A stretch of DNA of 64,000 bases, taken from a virus. The position numbers were made by a program, and so were the translations under genes. How positions within the stretch are numbered: the stretch's first letter is position 1; every line of letters begins with the position of its first letter. Location of the stretch: IMG/VR virus record IMGVR_UViG_3300023179_000013, positions 32,001 to 96,000 of that record, one strand, 5' to 3'. Below the pieces are notes generated by a model. That model saw only the letters and a program-made list of their open reading frames with translations. It ran no database searches and had not been told where the DNA came from. Below, piece by piece: positions 9,623 to 18,510 of the stretch.

Positions 9623-10180
9623 ATGAATGATTTTCAAATTCGCGCCTTTGTTCGTCAATTAATTTCTGAAGCTAAGGCTAAAAAAACTGACAAAAAAGAC
9701 GATAAAAAAGCTGAAAAGAAAGCTGACAAAAAAGAACCAAAAACCGTGAAAAGTTCCGGTAAATTGATGGATCTTAAAAAAGAAGTAGCCTATTTAAAAG
9801 AAATGGCATCACAACTCCATGCAACTGGTCTTACTGAGGCTGAAGAAGTTACTGAAGTTGAATTTGCTAACTTACAGAAATTCGTTAACGAATTATCTAA
9901 AGTTAAAGCCGCTAGTGCTGATTTGAAAAAGAAACTTGACGAAGAAATCACAGCTACTGAAGCTAAAATTAAAGATGAAAAAGCCAAGATTAAAGAAATG
10001 ATTGGTTTAGTTTCTGAAACTGAAGAATTAGACGAAGCACGCTTTAAAAAAGGTACCGATATTGGTAAGCCAGGTAAAGGATTTGAAAAAATCGCTAAAT
10101 CTGCTGCTAAAAAATACGGCTCAGAAGAAGCTGGTAAAAAAGTTGCCGGCGCTATATTAAAAAAAGTAGTTAAAAAATAA
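9623..10180 (+). CDS. Charged coiled-coil putative head-internal protein
   Basis: QIRAFVRQLISEA leader; C-terminal FEKIAKSAAKKYGSEEAGKKVAGA module after LDE. Confidence 0.65.
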   Translation: MNDFQIRAFVRQLISEAKAKKTDKKDDKKAEKKADKKEPKTVKSSGKLMDLKKEVAYLKEMASQLHATGLTEAEEVTEVEFANLQKFVNELSKVKAASADLKKKLDEEITATEAKIKDEKAKIKEMIGLVSETEELDEARFKKGTDIGKPGKGFEKIAKSAAKKYGSEEAGKKVAGAILKKVVKK

Positions 10181-10184
10181 AATA

Positions 10185-10571
10185 ATGATAGTAGTAGAAA
10201 GCAATCCCTTAATAGGCCAATTTGTATCTACCTTGTTTGCGTCTCGCACACAAGCCCATGTATTTCATCTTCAAACCCCTTCATTTGCTGCTCACAAAGC
10301 ATTAAATGATTATTATGATGAAATCGTAGGTTTAACTGATGGATTAGTAGAATCTTATCAAGGTAAATATGGTATTATTACTGGATACAGTAATGTTGCT
10401 TTACAAGAATACCAAAGCTGCGAAGCTATAATTGTATATTTTGAAACACTTTTGATGTATGTTGAAAAAAGCAGACAATTAATTTGTCAAGATTCATACA
10501 TTCAGAATCAAATTGACGAAGTTGTTGCTTTAATTAATTCTACTATCTATAAACTACGCTTTTTAAAATGA
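10185..10571 (+). CDS. Ferritin/Dps-like four-helix protein
   Basis: QAHVFHL...HKALNDYYD...DGLVESYQG...NQIDE...YKLRFL. Confidence 0.75.
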   Translation: MIVVESNPLIGQFVSTLFASRTQAHVFHLQTPSFAAHKALNDYYDEIVGLTDGLVESYQGKYGIITGYSNVALQEYQSCEAIIVYFETLLMYVEKSRQLICQDSYIQNQIDEVVALINSTIYKLRFLK

Positions 10572-11011
10572 TAAAGTTACTTGATTTATTAGAAAAAAAG
10601 ATGACACCTGCTCAAAAGAAAAAGCGTGGTGAAATATTTGATAAATTAGTAGCAGGTGGAATGGCTAAAGATAAAGCTGGAGCTATTGCAACCTCAAAAG
10701 CTATGGCTGAAAAATTAGATCCTGTAGGAAAAGAAGATGACGATATTAATAACGATGGTAAAGTAGATAAGACAGATAAGTATTTAGCTACCCGTCGCAA
10801 AGCAATAGCTGCTAATCTTAAAGAAGATCATGAAGTATCCATGGCTCAAGCTAGTTTAAAATCTATTATTAAATCTTCAATTACTTTATTAAACAAATTA
10901 GGTAATGAGGAGCGTGATATTCCAGGATGGATTCAAGACCATATCACAAACGCTGAAAACTATATTGACCAAGCGGCTCAAGGTTTTCATGAATTAAAAA
11001 ATGATGAATAA
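10568..11011 (+). CDS. Modular putative head protein with EF-hand-like loop
   Basis: MIKLLDLLE leader; [12 protein letters not shown] loop; LKE-separated WIQDHI module. Confidence 0.7.
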   Translation: MIKLLDLLEKKMTPAQKKKRGEIFDKLVAGGMAKDKAGAIATSKAMAEKLDPVGKEDDDINNDGKVDKTDKYLATRRKAIAANLKEDHEVSMAQASLKSIIKSSITLLNKLGNEERDIPGWIQDHITNAENYIDQAAQGFHELKNDE

Positions 11012-11552
11012 AGAATTATTATTAGAAAAATATATTAAGGTAGCTGTTAAAAAGGCACTTAAAGAAGCCGAAGAACAACAGCGAAAAGCGGAAAAAGCGA
11101 TGTACCTAGTATATCGCTTTCCTGGGTTAAAAAAAGTAATGGAAGAAGTTATGTCTCCTGCTTTTGGTCGTTACATTAGTGGTATTAATATTGTTGCCCC
11201 TAAACCAACTACATTTAATGTAAGTTTAGTTAATGGTCAAGAATTTAGTGTTAAATATCTTGGCAATAAAAATTTTAGTGTTAAAGTAGCAGGTAAAAAA
11301 TATAATCCAATTAATTTAGGAGAAGCAGAACGTTGTTCACAAGCAATAGCAGATTTATTAGAATTAAATTATGCCCCTGCTGAAGGTAAAGAACAACCAG
11401 GTGCTGCTCCTGAAACAGGAGGAGCTGAAACACCACCTGCTGAACCAACAGGACCAGGAGCCTCTGAATTAGGACCTGAATTAGCTGCTGCTGAAACACC
11501 ACCAGCTGAAACACCTGCTCCTGAAGAAGAAACACCACCAGCTGAAGCTTAA
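11001..11552 (+). CDS. Hypothetical protein with Pro/Glu/Ala-rich tail
   Basis: [17 protein letters not shown] leader; ETPPAE repeats at the C-terminus. Confidence 0.7.
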   Translation: MMNKELLLEKYIKVAVKKALKEAEEQQRKAEKAMYLVYRFPGLKKVMEEVMSPAFGRYISGINIVAPKPTTFNVSLVNGQEFSVKYLGNKNFSVKVAGKKYNPINLGEAERCSQAIADLLELNYAPAEGKEQPGAAPETGGAETPPAEPTGPGASELGPELAAAETPPAETPAPEEETPPAEA

Positions 11553-11555
11553 AAT

Positions 11556-12542
11556 ATGAAAGTTATAGATCAAATATTACTTGAGTGGGCTTATCGCTGC
11601 CCAGATGGAATTGTTGATATAAACAATCCTAAAAAGAAAGCTATATTAGACGAAATATTAAAAGAATATAATATAGACGAAATAAATCTTAATGAAGGAA
11701 GTGATAAATATGACGAAACTATTTCTTTAAAGTTAGGAGGAAATATTCCTAAAGTTAAAGGTAGATATAACTTAGAAAAAAAGAACGGAACTATAAAAAT
11801 AACAGATCCTGATGATTTAGAAATATTTAAAAAATTATTTTCTGTTGTTCCTTCTAAAGCAGGAAGAGGAGTTGAAGAAGAAGGTACCAAGGGATCAGGA
11901 AATGGAGAAATATCAATATATTGGTTGTTTGCCCATCAATCTGGCCACACTGCAGAAGATACTAGGGGAGGAGGAAATCCAGACTTACTTATTGATGGAG
12001 TAGGAGTTGAAATTAAATCTTTAGAAAGTAAAAAAATAGCAATAGGTAGAATAGGAAGTTATACAACTAGTTTAAATGATTTAAATGTAGTATTAGGAAT
12101 AGATGCCTTAATAACAGAATTTCAACCAAAAGGAAAAAAACAAACTCCTCCAAATGCTTTTAATGCTACTGTAGAAGATTTAAATCAGGCTTGTACAAAT
12201 GCTTTAACAGTATATGAAAATGATGAATTAAGAGAAATTGGAAGTGTATTTAATATTGATTTCATATCTTCTTTATATACCAAACTAGACAAATTAATAG
12301 AAAAATACTCACCAAAATCTGCACAACATTTTACATCAGATTTACTTAAAGGATTTATATTACAAAAATTCAAACAAAAACCAGGAATACCAGGATATAT
12401 TATAAATGTTTCTAGAGAGGGAATATTGGATTATACTTATATTAATCAAAGTAAAATAGATGAATTAAGCAGAGAGAATATATTGAAAAATGCTGAATTA
12501 AAACAAGGAACATTAGTGTTTAAATCTGATTTGTTTGGATAA
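11556..12542 (+). CDS. PD-(D/E)XK restriction-endonuclease-like protein with ILLEW leader
   Basis: GNGE...PDLLIDGVGVEIKS catalytic pattern; N-terminal IDQILLEWAYR...INLNE. Confidence 0.65.
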   Translation: MKVIDQILLEWAYRCPDGIVDINNPKKKAILDEILKEYNIDEINLNEGSDKYDETISLKLGGNIPKVKGRYNLEKKNGTIKITDPDDLEIFKKLFSVVPSKAGRGVEEEGTKGSGNGEISIYWLFAHQSGHTAEDTRGGGNPDLLIDGVGVEIKSLESKKIAIGRIGSYTTSLNDLNVVLGIDALITEFQPKGKKQTPPNAFNATVEDLNQACTNALTVYENDELREIGSVFNIDFISSLYTKLDKLIEKYSPKSAQHFTSDLLKGFILQKFKQKPGIPGYIINVSREGILDYTYINQSKIDELSRENILKNAELKQGTLVFKSDLFG

Positions 12543-12599
12543 ACATATAGAACAGATTCATTGCCTGTTCGCCCCATAGAGGTATAAATAATTGGAGTA

Positions 12600-12625
12600 G
12601 TGGCCCACCCAAAAAGGTGGGCCAC
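12600..12625 (+). terminator. GC-rich stem-loop, probable terminator
   Basis: GTGGCCCACC-caaaaa-GGTGGGCCAC, perfect 10-bp stem; weak U tract. Confidence 0.6.
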
Positions 12626-12630
12626 CTTAA

Positions 12631-12661
12631 TTTGAAATGTCAAAGTAAAATCGTACATTTA
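12631..12661 (+). promoter_or_regulatory. Bacteroidota-type primary-sigma promoter
   Basis: TTTG-19 nt-TAcaTTTA, against consensus TTTG-19/21-TAnnTTTG. Confidence 0.6.
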
Positions 12662-12666
12662 ATCAT

Positions 12667-13995
12667 ATGCAAAAGAAAATTGTAATTGTAGGAGCAGGCG
12701 TTGCTGGAATTAACGCTGCAACAAAATTAGTAGATAACGGCTATCCTGGTGAACTGATCACTATCATAGACAAAGGAAATGATCCACATAACCGCTTACC
12801 TGAAGAAGTAATGACAGGCATGCTTGGTGCTGGTGGTTGGAGTGATGGTAAATTAACTTATCACACATCAATTGGTGGTCAACTATCAAAATACTGTGGT
12901 GAAGAAAAAGCAATGGAATTGATGAAACAAGTAGTAGATAATTTTACTCGTTTCCATCCTAAACCAGATGAAATCTTTATGTCTGATCCACAAGAAGAAC
13001 CTGAATTTATTAAACCATACTTTGGTTTAAGAATGTTTCCTGTATGGCATATTGGTTCTAATTTCTTACATGAAATTGCTAAAACATGGTATCAATATTT
13101 GTTAGATAAAGGTATTAATTTTTGGTGGAATACAGAAGTATCAAGTATTGATTTTACAAACAATACAATATTATTTAATCCACTTAGTATAGCAGGTCCT
13201 ACTGATACTAAACATACTCTATATGATGAACTAATATTTGCAGTAGGTAAATCCGGTATTGATTTTGCTCAACAATTATCAGACGAATATGAATTCCCTA
13301 CTGAACCTAAATCAGTACAAATTGGCGTTCGATTTGAAGCACCACAAAAATACTTCCAAAAACTAATTGATGTATCCTATGACTTTAAATTATATCAAAA
13401 ATTCGATAATGTTAGTTTACGTTCATTTTGTACTAACAATAACGCTGCATATGTGGCTGTTGAAGAAACTTATGGTGACATCAGTTACAATGGTCACGCC
13501 AAAAAAGGTAAGGAATTTGAAAACCAAATGACTAACTTTGGTATCTTAATGGAAATCAAAGGTATTGAGGATCCATTTAAGTGGTCACGTGATGTAGTTT
13601 CTAAACTACAAATTAATGGTAAAGGATTATATTACTCACCAAACATGACTCGCCAACCAGGATTAACATCTGAAGGTACAACAGTAACTGCTCACCAAAT
13701 CAGTATGGATACACTGGCTCATGTTGTTGAACCAACAATGGATGGATACATGAAATATGTTATGAATTTCATCAGTGATATGAATAAAGTGTTTGAGTTT
13801 GGTGATGATTGGGGTATGTATATTCCTGAGGTAAAATATCTTAGCCCTGAACCACTGGTAAACTATGATAGTTTAGCATTAGCTCCTTTTCCTAATGTGC
13901 ATTTTGTAGGTGATGCCTTAAGTGCACGTGGTATTACAGTTAGTGGTGCTCATGGAATTTATGTTTCTGAATATTTATTGTCAAATGGACAATAA
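12667..13995 (+). CDS. FAD-dependent oxidoreductase (COG2509-like)
   Basis: IVGAGVAG, GAGGWSDGKL, IGVRFE, SFCTN and FVGDA...GI motifs. Confidence 0.85.
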   Translation: MQKKIVIVGAGVAGINAATKLVDNGYPGELITIIDKGNDPHNRLPEEVMTGMLGAGGWSDGKLTYHTSIGGQLSKYCGEEKAMELMKQVVDNFTRFHPKPDEIFMSDPQEEPEFIKPYFGLRMFPVWHIGSNFLHEIAKTWYQYLLDKGINFWWNTEVSSIDFTNNTILFNPLSIAGPTDTKHTLYDELIFAVGKSGIDFAQQLSDEYEFPTEPKSVQIGVRFEAPQKYFQKLIDVSYDFKLYQKFDNVSLRSFCTNNNAAYVAVEETYGDISYNGHAKKGKEFENQMTNFGILMEIKGIEDPFKWSRDVVSKLQINGKGLYYSPNMTRQPGLTSEGTTVTAHQISMDTLAHVVEPTMDGYMKYVMNFISDMNKVFEFGDDWGMYIPEVKYLSPEPLVNYDSLALAPFPNVHFVGDALSARGITVSGAHGIYVSEYLLSNGQ

Positions 13996-14423
13996 TGACT
14001 AAACAACAATTAATCGAAACAATTCGCCGTGTTATAAAGCAGGAGTTAAATGAAGCTACTAATGAGCCGAAGGATGATTTTGAAATAAAATACAGAATAG
14101 TAAGTATTGATAATAGAGGTCGTATATTGGATTATAATTATTATAATACAATGGATGATGCAAGAGAAGCAGCACGTAAAATTCGTCAAGATGCTAAAAT
14201 TGTAAAAATAAAAAAACCAAAAAAGATATCAGAAAATGCGCCATCAAAACCACAAGAAAAACCAGATGTAGCTGAACCACCAGTAAAATCTCCTGGTAAA
14301 CCAAAACCACGTCGTCCATTAGGTAACCCTGATGTAAAGCCTAAACCAAAGGCTACTATGACTGAAGCTGAAATGTTAGCGAAAATTGTTAAACGTTTTA
14401 AAGCCGCAAAGAAAAATGGCTAA
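13995..14423 (+). CDS. Hypothetical protein with leader and Pro/Lys-rich tail
   Basis: QLIETIRRVIKQELNE leader; insert between LNE and ISE. Confidence 0.7.
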   Translation: MTKQQLIETIRRVIKQELNEATNEPKDDFEIKYRIVSIDNRGRILDYNYYNTMDDAREAARKIRQDAKIVKIKKPKKISENAPSKPQEKPDVAEPPVKSPGKPKPRRPLGNPDVKPKPKATMTEAEMLAKIVKRFKAAKKNG

Positions 14424-15438
14424 GCTTTTAGAAGTAGAATACGAAAAAATATTTTCACCTAAAACAATGACTGCCTTAAAAGGCAAATCTGGTGAATCAT
14501 TACGCCAGATGCTTGGTGACAAAAATTTGATGCAAACTTTAATGAAATCCAAAACAATATTGGATGAAATTATAGATGCTGAGGAAGGATACCGTGATGA
14601 ACTTGAAATGGTAGCTGCTCAAATGGTGACTGATGCTTATCCAATTATTGATTATGCAAATATTAAGATTGATGCTAAAATAGTAGGAACGGATGATTTA
14701 GATATTCCTAATCCTCCACCAAATGAGGATCCAACTTTACCTAATTTTGGTGAAGGTGATCCTGAAAAATTGAAAGCCAAACGCCGCATCATAAATGGCA
14801 TTACACAAGGTGCCTCAATTAGAGGCGCCTTTGGCTTTATGCTCTTCAAAGAATATTTAGACGCTATCAATCCAGCATTAGTAGACAAATACAACGAAAT
14901 TTTAAAATTAGCATTTGGGATTTATGATGATGAAAATGCTATTGCTATGATGTTAGCTGCCTTAGCTCAAGGACAAAAAATGCAAGGTGGTGAAAGTGAA
15001 ATGGAATATGATGAGGAAAACGAGCAATTCGTTATTAAAGCTAAAGCAATTTGTTTTCCAATGCTCGTACACGAAATCGTAAAAGGACTTTACGAAATCG
15101 TTGGTACAGAAGGATTTGGTGCTGATAAAGAAAAAAACCAAGCTATTGTTGGTGCTGTAGATAAATTATCAAACGAACCAAACGATTTACGTTTTGGTAA
15201 GTTTTTATATGATGCTATCAATAAATTATATGCTGAAAGCAATGTAGAAGATGCTCGCGTTCGCGAATTATTTTTTGCTGAATTATACAAATTAGAAGAA
15301 GATGAGTTTTTGTCGTTTGTAGAAAACGCTGTTAATGATGAATTAACAAACGATGAAAAACAATGGGCTGTTAATACAATGAAGGATATAGAAAAAGATC
15401 TTCGCAAAGACGATACCGGATTAGAGGATTTGGATTGA
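14416..15438 (+). CDS. Acidic hypothetical phage protein
   Basis: ATG at 14416 (MAKLLE) preferred over TTG at 14386; KRRIINGITQG and LVHEIVKG. Confidence 0.7.
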   Translation: MAKLLEVEYEKIFSPKTMTALKGKSGESLRQMLGDKNLMQTLMKSKTILDEIIDAEEGYRDELEMVAAQMVTDAYPIIDYANIKIDAKIVGTDDLDIPNPPPNEDPTLPNFGEGDPEKLKAKRRIINGITQGASIRGAFGFMLFKEYLDAINPALVDKYNEILKLAFGIYDDENAIAMMLAALAQGQKMQGGESEMEYDEENEQFVIKAKAICFPMLVHEIVKGLYEIVGTEGFGADKEKNQAIVGAVDKLSNEPNDLRFGKFLYDAINKLYAESNVEDARVRELFFAELYKLEEDEFLSFVENAVNDELTNDEKQWAVNTMKDIEKDLRKDDTGLEDLD

Positions 15439-15460
15439 TAAAGATTCTTTCGTATCTTTA
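15429..15460 (+). promoter_or_regulatory. Bacteroidota-type primary-sigma promoter
   Basis: TTTG-20 nt-TAtcTTTA. Confidence 0.6.
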
Positions 15461-15472
15461 CAACCAAAAACG

Positions 15473-15718
15473 ATGGAAACTAGAAAAATAGTTACAGGTG
15501 ATGGTACTATTGCTTATTATTTGAATGTAGATGGTACTAATAAACTTCACAACATTGATGGCCCAGCATTAATTCCTCAAGGCAATAAGCGCCAATCCGA
15601 ATATTGGTTATTTGGTTTTAAATATTCTAAAACAGATTGGGAAGATAGAAAAAAAGATACTAACGGAGTGCCTTGGTATAAAACAGCAGCTGGTAAAGCA
15701 GCAGGCGCAAGAGTATAA
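15473..15718 (+). CDS. Small LHxxDGPA-motif protein
   Basis: KLHNIDGPALI...EYWLFG. Confidence 0.7.
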   Translation: METRKIVTGDGTIAYYLNVDGTNKLHNIDGPALIPQGNKRQSEYWLFGFKYSKTDWEDRKKDTNGVPWYKTAAGKAAGARV

Positions 15719-15751
15719 GGATCGTCAAGATCCTTTTCTTAATTTCATGTT

Positions 15752-16009
15752 ATGATAGAAAGAAGAGGAAGAATAAAAGAACAAACAGCAGAAGATAAAC
15801 CACGTAAATTTACTCGTGTTTATGAGGATGAAGACACAATTGAAACATGGACATTTAATTTAGATAAATTTGCTCGTGGTCCAATTGATGTTGATATCAA
15901 ATATAAAGCTGGTGCTGAAAAACGTATTAAAGAACGTGTTAAAGAGGCTAAGCAAATTAAGAAGAATGAACGCCAAATGAACAAAATTAATAAACGTAAT
16001 AAAAAATGA
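15752..16009 (+). CDS. Hypothetical basic protein
   Basis: 85-aa ORF in tight operon spacing. Confidence 0.65.
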   Translation: MIERRGRIKEQTAEDKPRKFTRVYEDEDTIETWTFNLDKFARGPIDVDIKYKAGAEKRIKERVKEAKQIKKNERQMNKINKRNKK

Positions 16010-16527
16010 GAATAGGATTAGTTGGTACAATGTCTGTAGGTAAAACTACATTAGCTAAGGCGCTAGGCGAGACAGAACAATTTAAAGATTATCCTGTACA
16101 AACAGAGCGTAGTAAATATTTGCGTGATTTAGGTATTCCATTGAATACTGATTCTACACTGCGTGGTCAATTTGTATTTTTAGCTGAACGTGCTACTGAA
16201 TTGTTAGTAGATAATATCATTACAGATCGTACAATTTGGGATGTGTGTGCTTTTACATTATCAGCGAAATCAATTGCTGATTGGGAAAAACGTGACTTTG
16301 TAACAGCAGCGATGCATTTGAAAGATTATTATGATTTAGTAATTTATGTTTCACCAGAAGGTGTTAATATAGAAGATAATGGTGTTCGTGAAACTGATGA
16401 AGTATATCGCAAAAAGATTGATCTAGTTATTCAAATGTCATTAATTGAATATAAACCTAAAAAATTAATAACTGTTAAGGGTAGTACGGAGGAACGTATT
16501 GCTACTATTATTTCCAATCTAAACTAA
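16006..16527 (+). CDS. NadR/AAA_28-like P-loop nucleotide kinase
   Basis: GTMSVGKTT, ITDRTIWD, YDLVIY and EDNGVR. Confidence 0.8.
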   Translation: MRIGLVGTMSVGKTTLAKALGETEQFKDYPVQTERSKYLRDLGIPLNTDSTLRGQFVFLAERATELLVDNIITDRTIWDVCAFTLSAKSIADWEKRDFVTAAMHLKDYYDLVIYVSPEGVNIEDNGVRETDEVYRKKIDLVIQMSLIEYKPKKLITVKGSTEERIATIISNLN

Positions 16528-16534
16528 TATTTAT
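16527..16534 (+). promoter_or_regulatory. ATATTTAT putative late promoter
   Basis: Upstream of 16563. Confidence 0.65.
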
Positions 16535-16562
16535 GGACATCACACTAAACGAATTGAAAGTA

Positions 16563-17633
16563 ATGAAAGCTAAACAACTCCGCAGAATTATTCGCGAAGC
16601 AATACAAGAAATATTAACTGAAGGCCCGGCAGAAGATAAAAAAGCACAAGATACTGAAAAACAGGCAACTCAAGCTCAAATAGCTGCTTTGCAGAAGAAA
16701 AAATCAGAATTAAATACTGCTACTCCATCAGCTGCTGACAAACCAGCTCACGATGCTGAAAAAGTAGCTGTTGACAAAAAAATAGCATCTCTAGGTAAAA
16801 AAATGCAAAAATTAAATAAACCTGGTATTTCTGCTCTCGAATTGGATGAAATGGCTCGTACCCCTAAAGGATTCCGTTTAGCTGATGAAAATATAGATAC
16901 TGCTCAATATGCTAACAAACGCGTTAGTGGAACTTCATTACAAGACATTATCAACTACTTCCGCGAAAACCCAGGTGCTGATAAAAAATCATTACAATCA
17001 CAATTTAATTTTGCTCGCCCACAAATCGCCAATGCTGTAGTAAACGCATTGCTTGATGCTGGTGTGTTAGTTAAATTAGGTGCTGGAGGTGAAGTTGAAG
17101 CTACACCTGAACCAGGTGAAGAAGTAGCACCACAAGCTACTGAACCAGAAGATTTGTTTATGGGTGGTGCTGATAATCCTCTCGCAATGTATTTTGATGA
17201 TAAACCAAATGATGATGGTTCTGAAGACTTTACTGATAGTACTGAACCAGAAGCTGGTGAACTTGAAAAAGCAGAACCTGCTGCCGGCTCAATGTCAGAT
17301 GAAGATTATAATACCTGGATGAAATATGATGATTTATCTCAACGCTTAGCTGCTACTAAATCTAATATCTTAAAATTAAGAAAATCTAGAACAACAGCTG
17401 GTGATATCTCAGATAAACCATCAACTGAATTACAACGTTTACGTGATTTAAAAAAATCACTTGAAGATAGAATTAATGATTTAGTTGCAGGTTCAGATTA
17501 TTTAAAAAATAAAATTGCAAAACAAACTGGCAAACCAGTTGAACCAATTGAAACACCTGAAGAAGAAACAGAAGAACCATTAGATGAATGGACAATTGGA
17601 AAAATGCAATATTACGCTGGTATTAAAAAATAA
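16563..17633 (+). CDS. Putative head-internal protein
   Basis: Start moved to MKAKQLRRIIRE because ATG 16533 overlaps the promoter motif; C-terminal KMQYYAGIKK. Confidence 0.7.
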   Translation: MKAKQLRRIIREAIQEILTEGPAEDKKAQDTEKQATQAQIAALQKKKSELNTATPSAADKPAHDAEKVAVDKKIASLGKKMQKLNKPGISALELDEMARTPKGFRLADENIDTAQYANKRVSGTSLQDIINYFRENPGADKKSLQSQFNFARPQIANAVVNALLDAGVLVKLGAGGEVEATPEPGEEVAPQATEPEDLFMGGADNPLAMYFDDKPNDDGSEDFTDSTEPEAGELEKAEPAAGSMSDEDYNTWMKYDDLSQRLAATKSNILKLRKSRTTAGDISDKPSTELQRLRDLKKSLEDRINDLVAGSDYLKNKIAKQTGKPVEPIETPEEETEEPLDEWTIGKMQYYAGIKK

Positions 17634-17636
17634 TTT

Positions 17637-18032
17637 ATGGTAAAGAAAAAAACAGTTACAAAGGCTGAACTTATCGATTTTATTAATAAAAATAAAAGTA
17701 AAGGTAAAATTGGTCTTTATATTATTGGTGGAATATTAGTATTATTAGGATTATTGTGGGTTACCACTCGTCAACCACAAATGCCTGCTGATATTAAAGC
17801 AACAATCGATTCATTAACTAATGTTAATAAACAATTAATTGAACATCAAAAACAAATTGATAGTACAATTAATGCTTATGAAACAGAAGTTAAGCAAATT
17901 GATTTTCAAGTAGATCACATTAAGGAAAAAACTACTATTGTTCGTGAATATTATCATGAAGCAAGTCAACAAGCAGAACAATATACTCCAACTCAAGTTG
18001 ATTCATTCTTTAAAGCAAGATACAATTACTAA
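17637..18032 (+). CDS. Inner-membrane-anchored coiled-coil protein (i-spanin-like)
   Basis: Basic N-terminus, one TM helix (IGLYIIGGILVLLGLLWV), then coiled coil. Confidence 0.55.
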   Translation: MVKKKTVTKAELIDFINKNKSKGKIGLYIIGGILVLLGLLWVTTRQPQMPADIKATIDSLTNVNKQLIEHQKQIDSTINAYETEVKQIDFQVDHIKEKTTIVREYYHEASQQAEQYTPTQVDSFFKARYNY

Positions 18033-18427
18033 TGAAATACCTTTTAATTATATTAGCGTTTTTACCTTTATTTGGTAACGCTCAAACACAAGATACAGTT
18101 CATATTCCTGCACCTGTTGCTAAACTAATTGTTAAAGATTTAGTTAGTGGTGATAGTGCTAAAGCTGAATTAAAATTAGCAAATGAGCATGTTACACTTT
18201 TAGAATCAAAAATAACACTAAAAGACAGTATCATTTCAGGACACGTTCAAAAAGGCATTATATACGAAGAGCGTATCAAAAATGAACAAGCTAAATTTGA
18301 TGCTCAAGGATTATGGGTTAAAGACTTACAAAAACAAAACAAGAAACTTAAAGTTAAACTTGCTTTCCTTAAAATAACTGGAACCGCTATTGTTGGTGGT
18401 TTAACATATTTATATTTTACAAAATAA
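18032..18427 (+). CDS. Secreted coiled-coil protein with C-terminal hydrophobic anchor (spanin partner candidate)
   Basis: Signal peptide MKYLLIILAFLPLFGNA-Q; C-terminal ITGTAIVGGLTYLYF. Confidence 0.5.
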   Translation: MKYLLIILAFLPLFGNAQTQDTVHIPAPVAKLIVKDLVSGDSAKAELKLANEHVTLLESKITLKDSIISGHVQKGIIYEERIKNEQAKFDAQGLWVKDLQKQNKKLKVKLAFLKITGTAIVGGLTYLYFTK

Positions 18428-18448
18428 CCCCTTGCAATCCCATGCACT

Positions 18449-18479
18449 GAGGCCTAACCACAACGGTTGGGCTTCTTTT
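18449..18479 (+). terminator. Rho-independent terminator
   Basis: GAGGCCTAACC-acaac-GGTTGGGCTTC followed by TTTT. Confidence 0.7.
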
Positions 18480-18481
18480 AT

Positions 18482-18489
18482 ATATTTAT
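18482..18489 (+). promoter_or_regulatory. ATATTTAT putative late promoter
   Basis: Upstream of the terminase, right after a terminator. Confidence 0.65.
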
Positions 18490-18510
18490 ATATAACCAAT
18501 AGTGTTATAT

